Assembly: GCA_035637435.1 (NCBI GenBank)
Contig: DASPXD010000231.1
Coordinates: forward strand, 49,215 to 113,214
Length of the DNA: 64,000 bases
Direction of reading: 5' to 3'
Source of the DNA: Gemmatimonadales bacterium
GTDB taxonomy: Bacteria; Gemmatimonadota; Gemmatimonadetes; Gemmatimonadales; GWC2-71-9
Below the pieces are notes generated by a model that worked only from the letters and a program-made list of their open reading frames with translations, was not told where the DNA came from and did no database searches. Positions 19,959 through 29,154 of the stretch are shown here, piece after piece (position 1 is the stretch's first letter; the number at the start of each line of letters is the position of its first letter). The position numbers and the translations under genes are program-made.

Positions 19959-21086
19959 TTATGGCAGGACAAAGACACCGACTTCGCCGTCGTAATCGTC
20001 GTTACTGCGTGTCGTGCCGGCCGGCGCCATCCAGCGGCCGCCGTCCCGCCGCACGTTGATACGATGGACCCCGCGGGAAATCCGGAACGTTCCCGTCCAG
20101 ACGTCGCCTGCCGAGCGGCTGAGGGGCACCGGCTGCCAATCGGTGAAGTCGCCACTCACTTCGACCGTGGTCGCGCCCGCGGCGTAGAGCGTGATCCGCA
20201 CGTCGTCATCGGTGTCGGCCGTCGGTTGGATCTCCAGTCGTGTTTCTTCGCTGCTCGAGCCGCTCGCGTGAGTAGCGACCGGCAGGATGGGAGTGGGCCG
20301 CCGGACGGCCAGCGTCCCAAATCGGAGGGCGACGGTGATGTAGCGGCCGGCGATGCTCCCGCTGACGACGTCGGTCGGATAGCGCCCGGCGGACACTACG
20401 AAGGCCGCCTGCGGGGTCAGCGTGAGCGCCGCGCTGCCCTCACCGAACACACCCCGCCCCCCGCCGCGACTCCACATTCGCGCCCCGACAATCCCTTCCA
20501 GCGCGAGGTTGCCGCGCCGCCAGCGTCCGGACGAGCGGAGATCGGTATAGGCCGTGTCGCCCACGAACGAGCGGTCCAGCGACACGAAAATGGTGCGGTC
20601 GGTGTGCACCAGCCACAGTCCGGTTGCAACGACGAGGACGCGGCGTGGGCCGCCCCCGAATGACGAGCGTCCGATGGTGGCCCCGACCCAACCGCCGCGG
20701 CTCCCGCCCATCAGATGAAGCCGGGCTTCCGCTTCGGTATGGCTGAAGCTCGCGATGGTGGCGTATTGGCTCGAGCCTCCTGACAGACCGAACTGCCCGC
20801 GCCACCGCCCCCCGAGCGGCGCGAACCAGGAGCCGCTCGCCGAGCCGTCGAGACTATGGCGCCCGCTTTCGAATCGCAGATAGGTGCCGCGGGCGCTCAC
20901 GAACGCGCGTCCCCGCGACTGCTCCCACCACACCGTCGGAGAAATGGATGCGGCAGCGGACGCCAGGAAGCCGTCGTAGCGGACGTCTGACAGACCGGCT
21001 TCGACGTTGGCCACGACTTGCGCGCTGGCAGAATGGACGTCGGCCTCCACCGCACACGCCAATGCGATGAGGGCGAGCGTCCGCAT
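19959..21086 (-). CDS. Secreted protein: beta-barrel-like N-terminal region plus C-terminal CBM48 / AMPK glycogen-binding-like domain
   Basis: Signal peptide MRTLALIALACAVEADVHSASAQ. About 270 aa of alternating Gly/Ser/Arg-rich beta-strand-like pattern. The C-terminus reads VRITLYAAGATTVEVSGDFTDWQPVPL...GVHRINVRRDG. Confidence 0.6.
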   Translation of the reverse strand: MRTLALIALACAVEADVHSASAQVVANVEAGLSDVRYDGFLASAAASISPTVWWEQSRGRAFVSARGTYLRFESGRHSLDGSASGSWFAPLGGRWRGQFGLSGGSSQYATIASFSHTEAEARLHLMGGSRGGWVGATIGRSSFGGGPRRVLVVATGLWLVHTDRTIFVSLDRSFVGDTAYTDLRSSGRWRRGNLALEGIVGARMWSRGGGRGVFGEGSAALTLTPQAAFVVSAGRYPTDVVSGSIAGRYITVALRFGTLAVRRPTPILPVATHASGSSSEETRLEIQPTADTDDDVRITLYAAGATTVEVSGDFTDWQPVPLSRSAGDVWTGTFRISRGVHRINVRRDGGRWMAPAGTTRSNDDYDGEVGVFVLP

Positions 21087-21101
21087 GGCGATGCGACGCG
21101 A

Positions 21102-21707
21102 CTACGGCCGACGGGGACGAGGGACGGTGCCGGGGGAGCCGGATGAATTGCCGAAGTCCGCACCCGCATTCACGCGCACCGACGTCGCGGCGCCAGGCGG
21201 CGCGCCGAGGGCGATGTCGTGCTCCACGGCGCGACGAAACTCCACGAGATCGGCGTCGCGCGCCTTCGGCGCGAGCGCGAGCACGGCCGTCGCGGCACTG
21301 TCCGCGGGGACGCCGCTCGCGACGAGGTCGGCCAGCACGGACAGCGCGATGGTGAGCGGGGGGCGACGCACGTCGCGCAGATGGGCGATCACTTGCGGCG
21401 TCGCGCCGGCGCGCAGCGCCGCGACGCCGGCCTCGAGCTCCGGCGTCGATGCGCCGGTGCCGAGTGCCACCCGCGCAGCGCCGAGGTCGACGGCGAGCCG
21501 GCGAACGGCGGCGACGATGCGGGCTCCGGCCGCTCCCTTGCTCGTGCCTTCGAGCGCGCGCTGGATCAGTGGCTCGACCGGCAGGCCCGCGCCCCGCGCC
21601 GAGTCGACGACGATGGTCACGGCGGAGCGCGTGTCCGGATCGAGCCGCTCGAGTCGCGGGTTCTGGGCGGTGACCTGCACGGCCAGTAGCAGCGCAGCGA
21701 CGATCAT
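21102..21707 (-). CDS. Hypothetical secreted Ala/Leu-rich helical protein
   Basis: Starts MIVAALLLAVQVTAQ (signal-like) at the ATG that forms an ATGA overlap with the upstream gene. High GC3. The longer 230-aa ORF was trimmed. Confidence 0.55.
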   Translation of the reverse strand: MIVAALLLAVQVTAQNPRLERLDPDTRSAVTIVVDSARGAGLPVEPLIQRALEGTSKGAAGARIVAAVRRLAVDLGAARVALGTGASTPELEAGVAALRAGATPQVIAHLRDVRRPPLTIALSVLADLVASGVPADSAATAVLALAPKARDADLVEFRRAVEHDIALGAPPGAATSVRVNAGADFGNSSGSPGTVPRPRRP

Positions 21708-22192
21708 GATCCTCTCCCTCCGACGGTCACCACCGAGCTCGGCGTGTCGAACTCGTCGTCTTTCGCGGCCGGCGCGCCGGGGTCGGCACGCCATTCGACG
21801 CCGTTCACGAGAAACGCGTAGCGGTAGCGGCCGGGCGCGAGGCGCACCGCGGTTGCCCAGACACCCTGCGCCGTCTGCATCGGCGAACGCGCGGGATCCC
21901 AGTCGTTGAAGTCGCCGACGAGGGACACCGATGCGGCCTGCGGCGCCACCAGGACGAACTGGAATGCGTCCGTGCTCGTGCCGGAACCCCGCGTCCAGGG
22001 GTGCGCGATGACGACCGCGCCCAGGACGGCGGCGGCGCCCGCGGCGAGCCAGGGCCAGGTGCGTTTTCTTCCTGGGTGAGCCGGCGCGGCGATTTCGCCC
22101 ATCACGCGCGCGGCCAAACCGGGATCCAGCGACACCGGCCGGCGCAGCTGGCGAATCATCCGCTCTACGATGTCGTCGTCGTGCTCAAACAT
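21704..22192 (-). CDS. Putative anti-sigma factor: short cytoplasmic N-terminus, one TM helix, periplasmic CBM48 / AMPK-GBD-like domain
   Basis: Overlaps the sigma-factor stop by 8 nt. TM helix WPWLAAGAAAVLGAVVIAHPW. The C-terminus reads FQFVLVAPQAASVSLVGDFNDWDPARSPM...GRYRYAFLVNGVEW. Confidence 0.65.
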   Translation of the reverse strand: MFEHDDDIVERMIRQLRRPVSLDPGLAARVMGEIAAPAHPGRKRTWPWLAAGAAAVLGAVVIAHPWTRGSGTSTDAFQFVLVAPQAASVSLVGDFNDWDPARSPMQTAQGVWATAVRLAPGRYRYAFLVNGVEWRADPGAPAAKDDEFDTPSSVVTVGGRGS

Positions 22193-22754
22193 GCTCCGCC
22201 TCTCGCAAGAACTTCTGCAACTGCTCGCGCGCGCGCTTCACGCGCATCTTCAGAGCCGATATGCCGTTGCCCGTCAACTGCGCGATCTGCTCGTACTCGA
22301 GCTCCTCGACATGCTTGAGGAGAAAGACCTCGCGATACTCGGGCGCGAGCCGCGCCAGCGCGCGTTCGACGGCGTCGGTCCATTCCAGCCGCTCCATCGC
22401 GTCCGGATGCGAGGCATCATTCAAAGCCTCGGCGTCGTAAACGAACAAGCGGCGTCGACGCGCGGCCCGTGCGCCGGTGGTGCGACAGCGGTTGACCAGA
22501 ATCCCGTAGAGCCATGCGCCGAACCGCGCGGGATCGTAGCATCGCTCCAGTGAGCGGTAGGCACGCACGAAGCTGTCCTGCAGAGCTTCCTCGGCGTCTT
22601 CGCGGTCGCCGATCATGTGGACGGCGTAGCGACCCAGGCGATCACGATAGCGCGCGACGAGCGCGCCGTACGCGCCGATGTCGCCGGCCCGGACCCGGCG
22701 CACCAGCTCTGCGTCGCCTGTCTCCACTCTGTCTATACCCATCCGGCCGACCAC
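22185..22754 (-). CDS. ECF-type RNA polymerase sigma-70 family factor
   Basis: Region 2 (DAEEALQDSFVRAYRSL) and region 4 (EYREVFLLKHVEELEYEQIAQLTGNGISALKMRVKRAR). The start may be 22754 or 22742. Confidence 0.9.
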   Translation of the reverse strand: MVGRMGIDRVETGDAELVRRVRAGDIGAYGALVARYRDRLGRYAVHMIGDREDAEEALQDSFVRAYRSLERCYDPARFGAWLYGILVNRCRTTGARAARRRRLFVYDAEALNDASHPDAMERLEWTDAVERALARLAPEYREVFLLKHVEELEYEQIAQLTGNGISALKMRVKRAREQLQKFLREAEHV

Positions 22755-22861
22755 CGCGTCACAAGGTCAGAACAACGCGGCGTTTGTGACGCCACGTGAG
22801 GCGATACGGGTATTCAATGCAACGAACCGGACTGCGCAACACCCTCGGGAGGAATTTGACG

Positions 22862-24001
22862 ATGTCCAGACTGAATCTCACGCTGCTCACCATGGTTGTC
22901 CTCGCCGCCGCCTGCTACAAGGATGACGCCAGCGGACCCGCCAGTCGCAAACCGATGGCCAAGGTGCTGCTCACGGACGATCCATTTCCCTTCGACACGG
23001 TCCAGAGCGTCAACGTCTACATCGTGAGCATCGCCGCCTCGACCGCCGCCGACACGAGCGACCCGGGCTTACAGTGGGTCACCATCACCGCACCGCGTAA
23101 GCGGTTCGACCTGCTCGCGTTGCAGCAGGGGACCACGGCTTTGTTGGGCGAAGGGGAGATCCCAGCGGACCAGTATCGCTCGGTACGCCTGATCATCGAT
23201 GCGGATTCCTCCAACGTTCGGTTCGCGGACGGCACGCCGGCGGTCGTGCAGAACTGGAATGGGTCGGGCGAGTGGTCGATCTACGCCTTCGTAGAGGCGG
23301 CGCTTCAGGTCCCCGACTCGGGGGCCGAAATCGTGATCGATTTCGACGTGGGGCGCAGCTTCCAATACAACGTCGCGGGGGACGGCACGTTCACATTCAT
23401 CCCCTGGATCCGCGCCGTCAACAAGGCAGCCACCGGATCCATCGCCGGCACCGTGCTGGGCGCGGCCGACTCGGGGTCGGCAACTCCGATCGCAAACGCG
23501 ACGGTCAGCGGCTACGGTGCGGACCAGGGGACATGGCGGATCTTCTCGACCGCCCGCACCGATGGCGTCGGGCACTATCGGCTGGCCTACCTGCTGCCCG
23601 GCACCTACATCGTCGGCGTGGATCCGCCATCGGGGAGCAGCGTGGGATCGGCCCTCGATTCCAACGTCGTTGTGACTCGCGGGGCTGAGACGACGCACGA
23701 CGTGACGTTGTCGGCGTTGCGTGGCTCATTATTGATCAACGGTGCCAGCTCGATGCTGGTGAATCACACCAATCGACTCGAAGCATTCGTTGTGAACGCG
23801 CACCACCAGCAGGACACGACCGCGGCGGTCGTCTGGCAGAACCTCGATACGGCCGTGCTGGGCCTCGCCATGTACGTGGACAGCACACGGGTTGCACGAG
23901 TAACATCGAAGGCAGTCGGCAGCGGCCGCATCATCGCGACGAGCGGCTCATTGGCCGACACGCTCACGATCTTCGTGGCGCCCGACAGTTCATCGCATTA
24001 A
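22862..24001 (+). CDS. Lipoprotein: DUF4382-like N-terminal domain, carboxypeptidase-regulatory-like domain and Ig-like (Big_2-like) C-terminus
   Basis: Lipobox MSRLNLTLLTMVVLAAAC. DUF4382-like segment KVLLTDDPFPFD...RFDLLALQ...YRSVRLII. Carboxypeptidase-regulatory-like segment GSIAGTVLG...TDGVGHYRLAYLLPGTYIV. ATG at 22862; the ORF-track start at 22796 was trimmed. Confidence 0.7.
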   Translation: MSRLNLTLLTMVVLAAACYKDDASGPASRKPMAKVLLTDDPFPFDTVQSVNVYIVSIAASTAADTSDPGLQWVTITAPRKRFDLLALQQGTTALLGEGEIPADQYRSVRLIIDADSSNVRFADGTPAVVQNWNGSGEWSIYAFVEAALQVPDSGAEIVIDFDVGRSFQYNVAGDGTFTFIPWIRAVNKAATGSIAGTVLGAADSGSATPIANATVSGYGADQGTWRIFSTARTDGVGHYRLAYLLPGTYIVGVDPPSGSSVGSALDSNVVVTRGAETTHDVTLSALRGSLLINGASSMLVNHTNRLEAFVVNAHHQQDTTAAVVWQNLDTAVLGLAMYVDSTRVARVTSKAVGSGRIIATSGSLADTLTIFVAPDSSSH

Positions 24002-24025
24002 GCGGGGCGTCACGGCGCGGCTATA

Positions 24026-25024
24026 TTGCGCGCCGTGACGCCCTCTGCACTTCCCTCGCATCATCGCCTCGGCGGCGGGTTTCGTAATCCGTGGGTTGAC
24101 CAGGCCGTGCCGGGGTTCGGCAGTCTCCTCAAGTGGATGCTCGTCCATCGCACGACGCGGCCGCGGCCCAAGGATCCCGATCCAGCGGTTTTCGCGCGCG
24201 TGCGTCCGGCGTTCGTAGCGCCGCACGCGTCGGCATCACAGCTGACGGTAACGTGGGTCGGACATGCCAGCCTGTTGGTGCAAATGAGCGGGCTCAACAT
24301 TCTTACCGACCCGATGTGGAGCGAGCGGGCCTCACCCGTCGGATTCGCCGGCCCGCGACGCTGGGTGCCGCCGGGAATCGCTCTCGACGATCTCCCGCCG
24401 CTCGATGTCGTGCTGCAGTCGCACAACCATTACGACCATCTCGACGACCACACGGTGCGGTCGCTGGCGCAGCGTCACCCGCACGCGTCGTGGGTCGTGC
24501 CACTTGGCCTGGGATCGTTCGTCCAAAAGCGCGGCGCGCGTGCTGCGGTAGTCGAGCTGGACTGGTGGCAGGAGCACACCATCGACTCGCTGCGCATCGC
24601 GGCCACTCCGGCGATGCACTTCAGCAGCCGGGGCATCGGCGATCGCGGCGACACGCTGTGGTGCGGGTTTGCGCTGACCGCGGCGCACAGGTGGCGCGTG
24701 TTCTTTGCGGGCGACACGGGATACCATCCGGACTTCGGAGCGATCGGCGCACGCTACGGTCCCTTCGATGTCGCCTTGCTTCCGATCGGCGCCTATGAGC
24801 CGCGCTGGTTCATGCGCTATGTCCACATGAATCCGGAAGAAGCGGTGGACGCGTTTCGTTCGCTCGACGCCCGCATGATGGTGCCCATTCACTGGGGCAC
24901 GTTCAAGTTGACCGATGAGGCGATGGACGAGCCGCCGATCCGCGCGCGCGCGGCGTGGCAAGCGGCGGGGCTGGCACCCGATCGATACCGTCAACTTGCG
25001 CACGGCGAGACTCTGACGCTCTAG
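24026..25024 (+). CDS. MBL-fold metallo-hydrolase (NAPE-PLD-like)
   Basis: HNHYDHLD metal motif and N-terminal GGFRNPW. TTG start at 24026 or GTG at 24035. Confidence 0.85.
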   Translation: MRAVTPSALPSHHRLGGGFRNPWVDQAVPGFGSLLKWMLVHRTTRPRPKDPDPAVFARVRPAFVAPHASASQLTVTWVGHASLLVQMSGLNILTDPMWSERASPVGFAGPRRWVPPGIALDDLPPLDVVLQSHNHYDHLDDHTVRSLAQRHPHASWVVPLGLGSFVQKRGARAAVVELDWWQEHTIDSLRIAATPAMHFSSRGIGDRGDTLWCGFALTAAHRWRVFFAGDTGYHPDFGAIGARYGPFDVALLPIGAYEPRWFMRYVHMNPEEAVDAFRSLDARMMVPIHWGTFKLTDEAMDEPPIRARAAWQAAGLAPDRYRQLAHGETLTL

Positions 25025-25039
25025 GAAGGATGGTGGAGG

Positions 25040-26518
25040 ATGGTGAACGTTCGTGGAGGTTGGTGGAGGATTTTGTTCGTGCTGTCGCTCGCAGCATGCG
25101 CGCGACGGGCACCTCCGCTAGCTGGACCGTCGAATGCTCCCGTCCTGGTGACGCCCACACGCGTCACACTCCGCACGGCGCCGGGCGACGCGGAATGGAA
25201 GGCACTGGGCGACGAAGCGACGGCGCTGCTGTCGCAGTACGTCCGCATCAACACGACCAACCCGCCGGGCAACGAAATCGCCGCGGCGCGCTGGATTGCG
25301 GAGGTGCTGCGGCGCGACGGCATCGAAGCCCGGATCTTTGAGCCGGCGCCCGGCAAGGCGAACCTGTACGCCCGCCTGCCCGGCGACGGCAGCGCACGGC
25401 CGCTGATTCTCCTGAATCACATGGACGTGGTCCTGGCGTCCCCCGAATACTGGACCGTCGATCCGTTCAGCGGCGTGATCAAGGACGGCTACGTCTGGGG
25501 ACGGGGCACGCTGGACATGAAAGGCGAGGCGATCGCGCAGCTGATGACGATGCTGGTGCTGAAACGCGCCCACGTCCCCTTGAAGCGCGACATCATCTTT
25601 TTGGCGACGGCGGACGAGGAGATCGGCGCCGGGGTGGGAGCGGCATGGATCAGCGAGCAGCGGCCGGATCTGGTGCGGGACGCCGAGTTTCTGTTGACCG
25701 AAGGCGGCTTGACGCGGGCCGATGCACGAGGCGGCGTCGAGTTCTATGGGGTGGGTACGACCGAGAAGTCCCCTTTCTGGCTGGACGTCAGCGCGCGGGG
25801 GACGGCCGGCCACGGCTCGCGGCCGACACCGGACAACCCCGTCCACCGCCTGATCCGCGCGCTCAATCGCATCGCCGCCTGGCAAACGCCACTGATCGTC
25901 ACGCCGCCCGTCGAGCGCTCATTCCGCGATCTGGCGACGATCGAGCCCGATTCCACGGTCCGCCGCTGGCTCAGCGACATCCGTACCGCGCTGCGCGATT
26001 CCGTCGCGGTCCGGGCGATCACCGCGGATCTCACCTACAACGCGTTGCTGCGCAATACGGTCTCCATTACCGGCTTGAAGGGCAGCGACAAGACGAACGT
26101 GATTCCGCCGATTGCGACGGCGGCGATCGACGTCAGACTGTTGCCGGGTCAGGACCCGGCGGCGTTTCTCGCGGAGTTGACGCGGGTAGTCGGCGACAGC
26201 GCCGTGACGTTCCGGCCGCAGAGCCAGACCTGGCCGGCGACGGAAAGCTCAACGGACACCGAGCTGTTCCGCGCGATTACCGCGGTCGCGCACGCGCGCC
26301 ATCCCAACGCCCTCGTCACGACCATGATGCTGCCCGGATTCACCGACAGCCACTACTTTCGGCGCCTCGGCATCGCGAGCTACGGGGTGGGGCCGTTTCC
26401 GCTGACGCAGGGCGACTCACGCGGCGTGCACGGCAACGACGAGCGCGTCAGCGTCGCGGCGCTGCGGTTCGGCGTGCGGTTCTACTACGACATCGTCGAG
26501 CGCGTCGCCGCAAAATAG
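25040..26518 (+). CDS. M20 family peptidase (secreted or lipoprotein)
   Basis: 492 aa with YVRINTTNPPGNE, NHMDVV and ADEEIG motifs. Signal-like N-terminus with LSLAAC. RBS GGTGGAGG. Confidence 0.85.
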   Translation: MVNVRGGWWRILFVLSLAACARRAPPLAGPSNAPVLVTPTRVTLRTAPGDAEWKALGDEATALLSQYVRINTTNPPGNEIAAARWIAEVLRRDGIEARIFEPAPGKANLYARLPGDGSARPLILLNHMDVVLASPEYWTVDPFSGVIKDGYVWGRGTLDMKGEAIAQLMTMLVLKRAHVPLKRDIIFLATADEEIGAGVGAAWISEQRPDLVRDAEFLLTEGGLTRADARGGVEFYGVGTTEKSPFWLDVSARGTAGHGSRPTPDNPVHRLIRALNRIAAWQTPLIVTPPVERSFRDLATIEPDSTVRRWLSDIRTALRDSVAVRAITADLTYNALLRNTVSITGLKGSDKTNVIPPIATAAIDVRLLPGQDPAAFLAELTRVVGDSAVTFRPQSQTWPATESSTDTELFRAITAVAHARHPNALVTTMMLPGFTDSHYFRRLGIASYGVGPFPLTQGDSRGVHGNDERVSVAALRFGVRFYYDIVERVAAK

Positions 26519-26533
26519 GGCGTCAAGCACCGC

Positions 26534-26803
26534 CTACTTCAGGCGAACGACAAACCTGACGGTCAGTTGCTCAGCGGTCTGCGGGCTCACGCTGCAGAAG
26601 CAATCGCCGATGATCTGCTTGACGCCGAGGACTTCCGCCTCGGCGATCCCCGCCACGTCGCGATAGGTGATCTCGAGCGTCTGGCCGTCGACGAGCCGGT
26701 AGCTGACGGGACGTCCCAGCAGCCGGTGGTGCGGATCGATTCTGGCGAGCCCCTCGGCGAGCTTGCGCTGCAGCTCGTTGATCGCTTCAGTCGACGAGAG
26801 CAT
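26534..26803 (-). CDS. Hypothetical protein (89 aa)
   Basis: High GC3 codon usage. Overlaps the queG stop by 17 nt. No family recognised. Confidence 0.5.
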   Translation of the reverse strand: MLSSTEAINELQRKLAEGLARIDPHHRLLGRPVSYRLVDGQTLEITYRDVAGIAEAEVLGVKQIIGDCFCSVSPQTAEQLTVRFVVRLK

Positions 26804-27698
26804 TGCGCCGCATCCCCTCGAGGCCCGGCCGCGTGAACGGCGTGTCGCCGTAGCGGCGATCGAACTCGGCTTCGGTCATTGTCGCGAACGCCGATCCGTC
26901 CGGCGCGGCGACGTCGGCGCGCGGCGCGAAACCGGGATCGCGCGTCTCGGCTGCGAAGCTCACGTTCCACGGACACACGTCCTGGCAGACGTCGCAGCCA
27001 AACAGCCAATCGCCCACCTGGGTGCGCTGCGTGCCGGTGAACGCGCCGCGATGCTCGATCGTGAGGTACGAGATACAGGCGCGCGCATCGAGATCGCGCG
27101 GTCCCACGAACGCCTGCGTGGGGCACGCCTCGAGGCAACGGGTGCACGTGCCGCAGCGATCGGCTTCGAAGGGCAGGTCCGGGGCCAGCTCCGCATCGGT
27201 CAGGACGACACCGATGAACGTGAACGAGCCGATTTCCGGATGGATGAGCATCATGTTCTTGCCGATCCATCCCAGCCCCGCCAGCTGGGCGAGCTCGCGC
27301 TCGGGCACCGGTCCCGCGTCGACGTAGCAGCGCGTCGTCGCGCCGGGCACGAGCTCGCGGATTGCGGTGGCCAGCTGCTCGAGTCGCTCGCCGAGGACGT
27401 CGTGGTAGTCGGGAGACCACGCGTACTGGGCGACCCGGCGCCGGGGCGCGGCCCCGGGGCTCGCTACCCTGGCGCCATGGTAGTAGTTCGTCAATGTCAC
27501 CACGGCCGTCCGCGCCCCTGGCATGATCCGCCGCGGATCCTTCCGCTTCTCCGCCTGGCGATTGAGGTACGTCATCGTCCCCGCGTGTCCGTCGGCGAGC
27601 CAGCGGTCCAGCTCTTGGGCGTGGGGGTTGTGATCGAGCCGCGCGATGCCGGTGGCGGCGAAGCCGAGCGCCGCGGCGCGGCGTTTGATCTCGATCAC
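26787..27698 (-). CDS. queG: tRNA epoxyqueuosine(34) reductase QueG
   Basis: N-terminus VIEIKRRAAALGFAATGIARL, ferredoxin-type motifs CGTCTRCLEACPTQA and CDVCQDVCPWN, and YLTIEHRG. GTG start at 27698. The 426-aa ORF-track call is an extension. Confidence 0.85.
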   Translation of the reverse strand: MIEIKRRAAALGFAATGIARLDHNPHAQELDRWLADGHAGTMTYLNRQAEKRKDPRRIMPGARTAVVTLTNYYHGARVASPGAAPRRRVAQYAWSPDYHDVLGERLEQLATAIRELVPGATTRCYVDAGPVPERELAQLAGLGWIGKNMMLIHPEIGSFTFIGVVLTDAELAPDLPFEADRCGTCTRCLEACPTQAFVGPRDLDARACISYLTIEHRGAFTGTQRTQVGDWLFGCDVCQDVCPWNVSFAAETRDPGFAPRADVAAPDGSAFATMTEAEFDRRYGDTPFTRPGLEGMRRNALVD

Positions 27699-27904
27699 AG
27701 GCCCATCGTTTCGCGGCGCCAGCGCGCGAAGTTCACGACATCGTCGACGGGCGGGATCGCCTGCTCGTCGCCATACGCCGTGAACATCCGCCACTGCATG
27801 TAGTCGCGGGGTGGGACCGGCAAAAAAGGCGGGCGCCGGTACCAGTCGCGCGCGCGGAAACTCCACGCGAGTCGCAACAGGTCGACAGCGAGTCGCGGGC
27901 GCAC
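27695..27904 (-). CDS. Hypothetical protein (69 aa), translationally coupled to queG
   Basis: High GC3. Its TGA stop overlaps the queG GTG (GTGA). No family recognised. Confidence 0.5.
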   Translation of the reverse strand: MRPRLAVDLLRLAWSFRARDWYRRPPFLPVPPRDYMQWRMFTAYGDEQAIPPVDDVVNFARWRRETMGL

Positions 27905-27984
27905 GAGCGACCTCAGCGCTAAACGTAGATAAAGTGCGGGCCAACTCGCTATACGCCGTATTCCTTCTGTATATTGACCGGCCT

Positions 27985-29154
27985 ATGACGCTCGCCAGCA
28001 GCGTGAAGCCGCGCGCGCTTGGGCTCGCCAGATACCGCGGCGAGTTCCCGATTTTCAAGGACCGCATCTACTTGAACACCTGCTCGCTGGGCGCGCTGGG
28101 CGAGCGGTCTCGCCGCAAGGTAGCCGAATTCCTGGACCAGTGGCAGAGCCGCGGCGCCGCCGCGTGGTACGACGTCTGGTGGGAGGCCCTGGGCGATCTG
28201 CGGGCGCGGTACGGCCGCATCGTCAATGCCCGGCCCGGTGAGGTCGCGCTGGCGCCGAGCATTTCCGTCGCGCTGAGCACGGTGGCGGAGTCGCTCGACT
28301 ACACGCGCCGGCCCAGAGTGGTCATCACGTCGCTCGATTTCCCGACCGTTGCGTACCAGTGGCTCGCGAAAGCCCCGCGGGGTGTCGAGCTCGTGGTCGT
28401 CGAAAGCCCCGACAAGATCAGTGTGCCGGTCGAGGCGATTGCGCGCGCCGTCGACGATCGCACGGCCCTGGTCGCGACCTCTCACGTGTATTTCACGAGC
28501 GGAGCGATTCAGGACATCAAGCGCGTCGCGGAGGTCGCGCACGCGCGCGGCGCGCTGTGTCTCATCGATGCCTACCAATCGGTCGGCCAGATTCCCGTCG
28601 ACGTGCAGGACGCCGGTGTGGACGCCCTCGTCGCCGGCGGCCTCAAGTGGCTGCTGGGCGGGCCGGGGATCGTCTTCCTGTATATGCAGCAGGCGCTGGC
28701 ACGGCGGCTCGAGCCGGGCATTGCCGGGTGGTTCGGGCAGCGCGAGCAATTCAGCTTCGACCCCAGAGCGTTGACGTTCCACGACGACACGCGCCGCTTC
28801 GAGCTGGGCACGCCGCCGCTCGCCGCGGTCTACGCGCAGCTCGGCGGTCTCGAGTACATCGAGGAGATCGGCGTTCCCGCGATCCGCGAGGCGACCGCCG
28901 CGCTGACCGAGGATCTGATCGCCACGGCGCGCGCCGCCGGATTCACGCCCAAGGTCGCCGCCGAGCCGGAGCGCCGCTCGGCAATCGTAATGATTCCCAT
29001 GCCGGATCCCGCGGCGAGTGTGCGGCACCTGGCGGCGGGCGGTGTGATCGCCGACAGCCGGCCGGGACACGTCCGGTTCTCGCCCTTCTTCTATAACGTG
29101 CAGGATGACCATGTCAGAGCAACCGAGCGCCTCGCCACGCAGCCCGCTCACTGA
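27985..29154 (+). CDS. Aminotransferase class V-fold PLP-dependent enzyme (kynureninase / desulfurase-like)
   Basis: Starts MTLASSVKPRALG at the ATG at 27985. PLP-lysine context GGLKWLLGGPG. IYLNTCSLG near the N-terminus. Confidence 0.8.
   Translation: MTLASSVKPRALGLARYRGEFPIFKDRIYLNTCSLGALGERSRRKVAEFLDQWQSRGAAAWYDVWWEALGDLRARYGRIVNARPGEVALAPSISVALSTVAESLDYTRRPRVVITSLDFPTVAYQWLAKAPRGVELVVVESPDKISVPVEAIARAVDDRTALVATSHVYFTSGAIQDIKRVAEVAHARGALCLIDAYQSVGQIPVDVQDAGVDALVAGGLKWLLGGPGIVFLYMQQALARRLEPGIAGWFGQREQFSFDPRALTFHDDTRRFELGTPPLAAVYAQLGGLEYIEEIGVPAIREATAALTEDLIATARAAGFTPKVAAEPERRSAIVMIPMPDPAASVRHLAAGGVIADSRPGHVRFSPFFYNVQDDHVRATERLATQPAH

Noticed and set aside
27699-28067. N-terminal extension of queG to 426 aa
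   Set aside because: The QueG-typical N-terminus (VIEIKRRAAALGF) begins at the GTG at 27698. The extension would run through a separately coding small ORF in another frame and into the divergent aminotransferase gene.
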